Notes under the pieces: generated by a model
Seen by the model: only the letters and a program-made list of their open reading frames with translations
Database searches by the model: none
What the model was told of the DNA's origin: nothing
Shown: positions 1-4,730 of the stretch, one piece after another
Layout: the number at the start of each line of letters is the position of its first letter
Position numbering within the stretch: position 1 is the stretch's first letter
Source of the DNA: a virus
Reading direction: 5' to 3' (one strand)
IMG/VR virus record: IMGVR_UViG_3300049737_000693
Span: 1-6,244 of that record
Length of the DNA: 6,244 bases
Translations under genes and position numbers: made by a program

Positions 1-127
1 TTGCAATTTTTCTATAGTGTGCTTAACCTCATTACCTTTTCCATAGACCTTAGAGCGCACCAAGCGAGAAGTCGCACCGCCATAATAAGCAGTATTAATA
101 AAGTCGCGCTTTTTAGTGTCGTTTTTT
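1..127. repeat. Terminal overlap copy A, identical to 6118-6244. It marks circular permutation or an assembly overlap, not a biological repeat.
   Basis: I compared 1-127 with 6118-6244 base by base and they are identical. The sequence lies inside the gII coding region. Confidence 0.95.
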
Positions 128-627
128 CTTTGGCCATTACTGACAGAAGATAGAAAACGAATAGCAGGCGTTATCATATTGGCAGAGGGTAAAGAAGCGG
201 AGTAAGTAGCATCTAGCTGCCTAACATCGGTTTTCCATAAATCAAGACATTCAGAAACGAACCAAGGATAAACCGACTCAAGAATGGCGAACATCTCAGC
301 AGCGCCATTAAAGATACTCTCACCGCCATAAACATTATGACCCTGAAGAAGCTTTGCAGGGCTTGCTTTTAATTCCATGTAAGGCGGAGTTAATCGACAA
401 GTATCATAAAATTTTATAGCAAGCGAAGAAAAGGAAGAGGGCAAAGACTCATAAGGGTGATATAACTCGCCATGTGTGACGACCCTAGTAACAGGGTCAC
501 GAGATATATGACGAGTAGAAGAAGCTAGGCCATAATCAGCAACATCACCTTTAATAGTCCAAAGATCACCACGTTTATCATAAAACTCAGGACGCATAGG
601 AACGCGAAGAACTAACATATCTAGCAT
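1..627 (-). CDS. gII: Replication initiation protein, Ff gene II family, N-terminal 209 codons. The full gene is complement(join(5488..6117,1..627)), 418 aa.
   Basis: The ATG at 627 follows AAGGAG by 6 nt, and I translated it without stops down to position 1. The product begins MLDMLVLRVPM, then HPYESLPSSFSSLAIKFYD, ELKASPAKLLQGHNVYG, QLDATYSASLP and SSVSNGQRK. These parallel f1/M13 pII MIDMLVLRLPF, HPFESLPTHYSGIAFKIYE, EIKASPAKVLQGHNVFG, RIDATFSARAP and RNVSNGQTK (from recall). Confidence 0.9.
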   Translation of the reverse strand, partial: MLDMLVLRVPMRPEFYDKRGDLWTIKGDVADYGLASSTRHISRDPVTRVVTHGELYHPYESLPSSFSSLAIKFYDTCRLTPPYMELKASPAKLLQGHNVYGGESIFNGAAEMFAILESVYPWFVSECLDLWKTDVRQLDATYSASLPSANMITPAIRFLSSVSNGQRKNDTKKRDFINTAYYGGATSRLVRSKVYGKGNEVKHTIEKLQ

Positions 628-782
628 TGGCCACTCCTTACACGCTTGGCACGGCCAGCCTGATAAGCAGTAAGCATAAGAAGCAAGCAAACGACAAATA
701 AATTAAAGAGCGTATAAAAAAGAAAGGCTACACCCTCATTAGTAAGCAAAACGTGCATATTTAAAAAAGGTTGATAATTCAT
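621..782 (-). CDS. 53-aa small membrane peptide of unknown function (MNYQPFLNMHVLLTNEGVAFLFYTLFNLFVVCLLLMLTAYQAGRAKRVRSGQC).
   Basis: The ATG at 782 follows GGGGGT by 5 nt and lies 2 nt after the TAG of the upstream ORF. The peptide has one hydrophobic helix and a basic C-terminal tail. Its stop TAG (623..621) lies inside ATGCTAG, which is the gII start. The TTG at 806 and ATG at 800 have no SD. Confidence 0.5.
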   Translation of the reverse strand: MNYQPFLNMHVLLTNEGVAFLFYTLFNLFVVCLLLMLTAYQAGRAKRVRSGQC

Positions 783-784
783 AA

Positions 785-1108
785 CTAACCCCCAACGCAT
801 TGACAAGAATATAAAACAGGCAAATCAATTTGGGCTAATTCGCAAAATTCACAAAAAGGAACATCAGGGTCAACATGAATTTCGGTAAAAAAGATGCCCT
901 CGACCACCGCAGAAGCGGTTTCAGAGGGACGAGGGCAAAGGGAGGTTTTTAAAATATCTTTTAATCGTTCGTTGTTTTCTAAGACATAATTTAAGTCAAT
1001 AGAGGGCAAAGAAAGGTTTTTATGATAAACATCTGACGCAGCCAAAGACTTTATAAGACTACAAATATCAGTATGACTTAAAGTTAAAGTATATAATTGA
1101 TCTGACAT
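785..1108 (-). CDS. 107-aa hypothetical protein with a C-terminal CxxC...CxC cluster, possibly a zinc-binding regulator. It is the first gene of the leftward operon.
   Basis: The ATG at 1108 follows AGAGGTG by 5 nt, whereas the ORF-track start at 1177 lies upstream of the predicted promoter -10. Cys86/Cys89 (CEFC) and Cys102/Cys104 (CQC) form a Cys4 pattern. I recognise no family. Confidence 0.55.
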   Translation of the reverse strand: MSDQLYTLTLSHTDICSLIKSLAASDVYHKNLSLPSIDLNYVLENNERLKDILKTSLCPRPSETASAVVEGIFFTEIHVDPDVPFCEFCELAQIDLPVLYSCQCVGG

Positions 1109-1119
1109 AATAACACCTC

Positions 1120-1147
1120 TGAATGTGCAAATAGTAGATTTGAATGT
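1120..1147. promoter_or_regulatory. Candidate operator: direct repeats of TGAATGT that bracket the -10 box.
   Basis: TGAATGT occurs at 1120-1126 and 1141-1147, 21 nt apart, which is about two helical turns. One copy lies in the -35/-10 spacer and the other at the predicted transcript start. GTCAA also repeats at 1154-1158 and 1161-1165. Confidence 0.35.
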
Positions 1148-1158
1148 AAACTTGTCAA
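1131..1158 (-). promoter_or_regulatory. Candidate sigma70 promoter for the minus-strand operon (107-aa ORF, 53-aa ORF, gII and downstream genes).
   Basis: On the minus strand there is a perfect -35 TTGACA (1158..1153), a 16-nt spacer and a -10 TACTAT (1136..1131). The first ATG is at 1108. The plus-strand TTGTCA (1152-1157) overlaps back to back and could be the -35 of the divergent promoter, with a weak -10 CATAAC at 1175-1180. Confidence 0.5.
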
Positions 1159-1239
1159 CAGTCAAGGTTACAAACATAACTTATCACGATAAAAACAATA
1201 TAGCAACGTATTTTTAATTATATTATTAGAGGGCTAAAA

Positions 1240-1458
1240 ATGACACGATCAATAAGACTAAACGAGATAGAAAGGAAGTTAATTAAAAAGAAATCAAGAG
1301 AAATAAATAAAAAGCTGGTTATGTCAGGCAGAGAACCGATGAAAGAAAGCGAAATACTACACGAAATATTAGAAAAAACAATAGAAAGGGCAGAGTTAAA
1401 CGGTCAAGGAAATATTGAAATAAGCCTAAATTTAGGCCAAGAGTCCACAACTAAATAA
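1240..1458 (+). CDS. 72-aa ribbon-helix-helix-like DNA-binding protein, a candidate phage repressor/regulator and the only plus-strand gene.
   Basis: AGAGGG lies 6 nt upstream of the ATG. The N-terminus TRSIRLNEIERKLIKKKS fits an RHH beta-strand plus helix A, and MKESEILHEILEKTIERA fits helix B. The gene is transcribed divergently from the main operon, as rstR is in CTXphi. Caveat: it is antisense to a T-rich region that corresponds to Ff origin domain B, and its last codons overlap the origin hairpin. Confidence 0.5.
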   Translation: MTRSIRLNEIERKLIKKKSREINKKLVMSGREPMKESEILHEILEKTIERAELNGQGNIEISLNLGQESTTK

Positions 1459-1467
1459 CGTGGACGA
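1424..1467 (-). promoter_or_regulatory. Ff-type (+)-strand origin core: a nick-site hairpin plus an adjacent palindrome that is the putative Rep binding site.
   Basis: Minus strand 1467->1424 reads TCGTCCAC GTTATTTAGTT GTGGACTC TTG GCCTAAATTTAGGC. The f1 origin as I recall it reads GAGTCCAC GTTCTTTAATA GTGGACTC TTG TTCCAAACTGGAA. That gives 22/27 identity over the hairpin, the same 11-nt loop, the same TTG spacer and a palindrome in the same place. The stem pairs 1465..1460 with 1448..1443. The nick predicted by analogy is GTTATTT^AGTT, between 1453 and 1452. Confidence 0.8.
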
Positions 1468-1519
1468 AAAGAAAAGATAATCTACTGACAGTTAATAACT
1501 GACCTAATGCCTAACGCTT

Positions 1520-1545
1520 GCCCCCAGCAAAAAGACGCTGGGCGC
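1520..1545. other. GC-rich hairpin in the convergent intergenic region, a candidate packaging-signal, (-) origin or terminator element.
   Basis: GCCCCCAGC (1520-1528) pairs with GCTGGGCGC (1537-1545): 8 of 9 positions pair (one C-C mismatch) around an 8-nt loop. No T-run follows on either strand. It is flanked by direct repeats CTAACGCTTG (1511-1520) and CTAACGGCTG (1547-1556). Confidence 0.4.
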
Positions 1546-1615
1546 GCTAACGGCTGTTAATTGAGGGGTCTCTATCGTTGATTATCGAAAAGAAGTTAAC
1601 TGGAGAAAAAGAAGT

Positions 1616-2935
1616 TTAACTTGATGCAGGATTGGGCGCAGTAGATGCCAGTGCAGGAGGTGCAGAGCTTTTAACTTTTGGGAGCATACCTTTTTTTGAT
1701 AAGTAGGCCTTGCAATCAGTATCAGAGATATGAGAGAGCAAAGCACCGTTACTATTATACAAAGAACACTCACCGTACATCTGCATACCAGAGACAGGAA
1801 CAAGGTTTATATCTTCGATATAGCCACCGCTTAAAGGGTCATAAATACCAGATGGCACAGCATCAGCATCAGCATCAGGAAGCGGAGCAGGGGCAACAGT
1901 AGGCGGAACAGCTTTATCCTGAGCTTTTGGAGCATCAAAAGGATTTTTAGTCATATCAGCAGTTGGAACATCAAAAGCAGGGTCTTTACCCATCATGCCA
2001 TTAACCAAAGTAGAGTCTTTTGAACCACTAGCAGCCCACACAAACATAGCTATAGCAAAGAAAATAACGAAAGCAAAACCTATCAACGCCTTAAACGGTA
2101 TGCGCTTTTGATGCGTGTTGATGGTTGTCGATTTATAGAGCTTAAAAAGCCTATCTGGTGGGCTAAAATTGAATTTACGCTCTGCACTCATTTTAATAGA
2201 TACAGCATTGGGATTTTGACGGTATGATCCGTATTGATAAACCTTTGACACCCAGCCCCACGGAACAGTAATATGCCAATGCAGCCCAATCAAATCCTTA
2301 ATCTGAACATGAAGCAAGTTAGCCGACTGAGTGATTAAATAAAAATCAAAACCTCTATGGCGGTGAATAGTCAAATCTTGAATGATAGGCTCATCTTTAT
2401 TCTTTGATTGCTTATAAGGCTCGACAAGCTGAACCTCGTCAATAACGATGATTGACCCATCAGGAGCCTTGCGCCAGTCAATATATTCTCTATCATCAAG
2501 CAAATCATATAGCGAGCGCACAAAGTCGATTTTCAAGGCGTTAATATTGGCGTATATCGTCCGCACTGGTAGCAGATACTTAAAACCAGTGATATTATCA
2601 GTTTCGACAATACGATTAATAATACTATTATAAATAGTAGCAACTTTATAATAGTCATCTGGGCGCAAGTCGTCATACTCGACAGATAACATATCAAAGT
2701 AATCATCTGGCAATATGGTTATTTCTTGCTTAAGCAAATGACCAGAGCCAACATCTTCATAGTAATAGGTCATCTGATTTTGCAAATCATAATCTTTGAT
2801 GATTTTTTGGTTATGCTGATAGTAAGCAATATTTTTAACCAGATTGACTTTGTTCTCCGACTCTGTTTTGTCTAATTTTGAGACGACAAAAACCGTTTTC
2901 TTTGCGCCTGGTACGCCAGTAACTAAGCCTAACAT
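1616..2935 (-). CDS. gI: Assembly/export NTPase of the pI / Zot family, 439 aa, with a cytoplasmic P-loop domain, one TM helix and a periplasmic C-terminal domain.
   Basis: GGAGG lies 9 nt upstream of the ATG at 2935. The Walker A-like GVPGAKKT matches the Zot-type G-x-P-G-x-x-K-T (CTXphi Zot GAPGSYKT, from recall). The Walker B is SIIVIDEVQ. The TM helix is FKALIGFAFVIFFAIAMFVWAA (about residues 281-302), followed by a Pro/Ala-rich linker. The gene follows gVI as in Ff. Confidence 0.85.
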   Translation of the reverse strand: MLGLVTGVPGAKKTVFVVSKLDKTESENKVNLVKNIAYYQHNQKIIKDYDLQNQMTYYYEDVGSGHLLKQEITILPDDYFDMLSVEYDDLRPDDYYKVATIYNSIINRIVETDNITGFKYLLPVRTIYANINALKIDFVRSLYDLLDDREYIDWRKAPDGSIIVIDEVQLVEPYKQSKNKDEPIIQDLTIHRHRGFDFYLITQSANLLHVQIKDLIGLHWHITVPWGWVSKVYQYGSYRQNPNAVSIKMSAERKFNFSPPDRLFKLYKSTTINTHQKRIPFKALIGFAFVIFFAIAMFVWAASGSKDSTLVNGMMGKDPAFDVPTADMTKNPFDAPKAQDKAVPPTVAPAPLPDADADAVPSGIYDPLSGGYIEDINLVPVSGMQMYGECSLYNSNGALLSHISDTDCKAYLSKKGMLPKVKSSAPPALASTAPNPASS

Positions 2936-2956
2936 TTATAAATTCCTCCGTTTTTC

Positions 2957-3006
2957 ATCGTCGTCAATCGTCGTCCCTCCTCTTCCTCCTCCTCAAAACG
3001 TCGTCA
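2957..3006 (-). promoter_or_regulatory. gVI-gI intergenic element: a 21-nt polypurine array of overlapping SD motifs flanked by phased CGTCGTC repeats.
   Basis: The minus strand reads TGACGACG TTTT GAGGAGGAGGAAGAGGAGGGA CGACGAT TGACGACGATG. On the plus strand ATCGTCGTC occurs at 2957-2965 and 2967-2975, and CGTCGTCA at 2999-3006 (starts at 2959, 2969 and 2999). The pyrimidine run spans 2974-2994. Confidence 0.3.
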
Positions 3007-3279
3007 TTTTTTACGTAGTGAGAGTTTAGAAGCGCCCAATGTTGCAGCAGTAACGATTGCGCCCAAAATAATACTAATTGCATAATCAAAACCAGCAATA
3101 TGAGCTAGACTTAAAATATCGGCAGGAATACCACCAGTATTAGCCCTAAACCTATCAATGAATTGATTTATCAAAAACATTGATGCGCCAGCAGTGCCAA
3201 GAGTAAGCCCAGCACCAGTTAAAATATCTTTTAACCAACCTTTATTTAATGACTTTAGTAACGCAGCTAGACTACCCAT
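3004..3279 (-). CDS. gVI: 91-aa hydrophobic minor virion protein, the pVI / Ace positional analogue.
   Basis: It lies between gIII and gI as in Ff and CTXphi. The protein has hydrophobic Gly/Ala-rich segments and a basic C-terminus (LRKK). Its start overlaps the gIII stop in ATGGGTAG (3279..3272), and GGAGGT lies upstream. Confidence 0.65.
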   Translation of the reverse strand: MGSLAALLKSLNKGWLKDILTGAGLTLGTAGASMFLINQFIDRFRANTGGIPADILSLAHIAGFDYAISIILGAIVTAATLGASKLSLRKK

Positions 3280-4564
3280 TTTCTTTACGACCTCCGACTA
3301 TATAAATTGCGAACAAACTTGAAGCAGCATAAACAGGCCATTTAACGTAAGTAGATAGAAAATCACAAAGCATGACAGTATCTAACATCGTGAACTCGAT
3401 AGACTGACCAAAAATAGAGCCATTAAAGACGATAGGCGCAGGGCATGAGCCGCCAAAGTTGAAGTTAGTATCTGTCGGCTGTTCGTCAGGCTCTTGCAAG
3501 TCGATCTCAGTATCTGTCTGCTCAGGCTCAGCCTTAACCCAATCAATAAAATCACAAACAGGCGTAGCCCAATCACAAAACGCTGGCCATTCTGTCGGCA
3601 TAGGGTCAGGGTTTGGGTTTGGGTTTGGATTGTCAGGGTCAGTGTCAGTGTCAGGGTCAGTGTCAGGGTCAGTGCCAGTGTCAGGGTCAGTGCCAGTGTC
3701 AGGCTCAGTGCCGGGCTCATACTCATTCGGGCCGTACTGTTTTGGCTCTGCTTTAGACTCTAGTTGATCGTCTAATTGACCAGATTCTAGCTCGTCTAGT
3801 GCGCTATCTCTGATAACTTCCATGGCTGGAGCTTGACCTTCGTCAGCATATTCGATAACTTTTTGAGCGACTGTGTTAATGGGAATAGATTTCTCTTGAG
3901 GATTGGTATCAGAACCAGAACCAGTGGCATCGCTACCAGTTATCCTAACAGAACCCCAGTTACCACCATCAGCATACTTACAGCCAAACTCAGATTTATA
4001 ATAATCATAAATACCGCCATAAATACCAGATAACCTTACAGGGTCAAAATCAGGGTCTTGAGAGAGCTTAAGAGCTTTACAAAATGCAGTAGGGTTATAA
4101 TAACGCGCACCCTCAAAATCAACATAAGCACCACGTCCGCCAGTATCAGACGGAGAGCCGACAACATCACCATCATCAGTATAAGTGACACTATTGTTAG
4201 CAGGGTCAAGCACCCAATCTACAGTCTTACCTAATATGTCATAGACAGCAGCACCAATAACGCCACCGACACCACCCCTTAGCAATCTTTTGCCAACCTT
4301 AGCAGCATTAGCAGGGATTTTGATTGTTGATTTTTGATTTTTGGTTATTGTGTCTTTTGCGTCAGTTTGTGGGTCAACTACTGTCACCGGATAATTGCGA
4401 TTTGCTTTGACTTCGACTGTACTTTTAACGGTTGGATCATTAACGATTGAGTCATGAAACCATTTAGAGTGTTTAGGGTTTGGGTCATAGACAGCAAAAG
4501 ACGGAACAATGACAAGAGTAAAAGATAGCGCGAACGCTATAAAACGCTTAATTATGATATTCAT
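3272..4564 (-). CDS. gIII: 430-aa pIII-like adsorption/minor coat protein with a signal peptide, an N-terminal receptor domain, a low-complexity linker and a C-terminal anchor domain.
   Basis: AGGGG lies 5 nt upstream of the ATG at 4564. The signal peptide is MNIIIKRFIAFALSFTLVIVPSFA and the linker is EPGTEPDTGTDPDTGTDPDTDPDTDTDPDNPNPNPNPDP. The C-terminal FNFGGSCP...SIEF...LCDF followed by the hydrophobic anchor VYAASSLFAIYIVGGRKENG mirrors the Ff pIII C-domain layout. It is the largest gene after gVIII. Confidence 0.8.
   Translation of the reverse strand: MNIIIKRFIAFALSFTLVIVPSFAVYDPNPKHSKWFHDSIVNDPTVKSTVEVKANRNYPVTVVDPQTDAKDTITKNQKSTIKIPANAAKVGKRLLRGGVGGVIGAAVYDILGKTVDWVLDPANNSVTYTDDGDVVGSPSDTGGRGAYVDFEGARYYNPTAFCKALKLSQDPDFDPVRLSGIYGGIYDYYKSEFGCKYADGGNWGSVRITGSDATGSGSDTNPQEKSIPINTVAQKVIEYADEGQAPAMEVIRDSALDELESGQLDDQLESKAEPKQYGPNEYEPGTEPDTGTDPDTGTDPDTDPDTDTDPDNPNPNPNPDPMPTEWPAFCDWATPVCDFIDWVKAEPEQTDTEIDLQEPDEQPTDTNFNFGGSCPAPIVFNGSIFGQSIEFTMLDTVMLCDFLSTYVKWPVYAASSLFAIYIVGGRKENG
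3609..3715. repeat. Hexanucleotide tandem repeats inside gIII that encode the TD/PD/TG/PN dipeptide linker.
   Basis: GGGTTT x3 occupies 3609-3626. About 14 consecutive GTCAGG/GTCAGT/GCCAGT hexamers follow at 3632-3715, including the 18-nt unit GTCAGGGTCAGTGCCAGT twice in tandem. Confidence 0.9.
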
Positions 4565-4572
4565 ATCAACCC

Positions 4573-4659
4573 CTATCTAAATGACCATGTAACCAAGACA
4601 AGAGCAAAAGCAATCATCGCGTAAGGGAGTAAATTTAGTATGCTAGGGGCATCTGTCAT
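4573..4659 (-). CDS. 28-aa small hydrophobic protein (MTDAPSILNLLPYAMIAFALVLVTWSFR), pVII/pIX-like in architecture. An alternative start at 4665 gives 30 aa.
   Basis: It is absent from the ORF track because it is under 60 aa. AAGGA lies 7 nt upstream of the ATG at 4659. The protein has an acidic N-terminus, one hydrophobic helix and a terminal Arg, as Ff pVII does. Its stop TAG at 4575..4573 lies 8 nt before the gIII ATG, and the gIII SD AGGGG overlaps that stop, so the ORF fills an otherwise empty gap. Confidence 0.5.
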   Translation of the reverse strand: MTDAPSILNLLPYAMIAFALVLVTWSFR

Positions 4660-4671
4660 ATCCATATCCTT

Positions 4672-4709
4672 AAAAAAAAGATAGCCCTACTTTTTAGGGT
4701 AGAGCTATC
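4672..4709 (-). terminator. Rho-independent terminator immediately downstream of the major coat gene.
   Basis: The minus strand reads GATAGCUCUAC ccuaaaaa GUAGGGCUAUC UUUUUUUU. This is an 11-bp stem with one G-U pair (4709..4699 pairing with 4690..4680), an 8-nt loop and a U8 tract (4679..4672). It occupies the same position as the Ff terminator after gVIII. Confidence 0.8.
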
Positions 4710-4730
4710 ATTTAAACGCTATAGAACAAA

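Noticed and set aside
1-127. The terminal direct repeats as LTR-like or transposon ends, or as phage terminal redundancy.
   Set aside because: The repeat lies inside the gII coding sequence and simply closes the circle in frame. Its length of exactly 127 nt fits an assembly k-mer overlap.
549-558. A 10-nt match, CTTTAATAGT, to the Ff nick-site sequence, on the window plus strand inside gII.
   Set aside because: It is on the non-viral strand, inside coding sequence, with no flanking inverted repeat (only the ATCACC direct repeats). The real origin homologue, with hairpin and palindrome, is at 1424-1467 on the correct strand.
1540-1567. A possible XerCD dif-like attP (GGGCGCGCTAA-CGGCTG-TTAATTGAGGG), plus TTATGTTTGTA on the minus strand near 1172-1182.
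   Set aside because: Only about 5-7 of 11 positions in the XerD arm match the TTATGTTAAAT consensus. The XerC arm matches only if a gap is allowed, and the 11-6-11 spacing does not hold. That is not enough to call an integration site, although the true host dif sequence is unknown.
2191-2191. An internal in-frame Met249 of gI (MSAERKFNF...) as a pXI-like restart upstream of the TM helix.
   Set aside because: No SD-like sequence lies upstream (CCCAATGCTGTATCTATTAAA-ATG), and the Met is about 30 residues before the TM helix rather than about 12 as in Ff. It remains possible but is unsupported by the sequence.
1616-2935. Calling the Zot-family protein an enterotoxin or virulence factor.
   Set aside because: The family assignment rests on the P-loop assembly ATPase shared by all inovirus pI proteins. 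I see nothing here that supports toxin activity.
1582-3029. ORFs 1582..1803(-), 1678..1902(+), 2448..2633(+) and 2844..3029(+).
   Set aside because: They are shadow ORFs overlapping gI (or its upstream gap) in other frames or antisense. They have no ribosome-binding sites and give implausible Cys/His/Arg-rich or repetitive translations.
3609-3715. The short regular repeats as a CRISPR array.
   Set aside because: The units are 6 nt with no spacers, and they lie in frame within gIII. This is a coding microsatellite.
3382-3767. ORF-track entries 3382..3726(-), 3459..3767(+) and 3494..3763(+), with LTLTLT and GSVSVSGS type translations.
   Set aside because: They are alternative-frame and antisense readings of the hexamer tandem array inside gIII. 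They are low-complexity, lack SD sequences and are fully nested in a well-supported gene.
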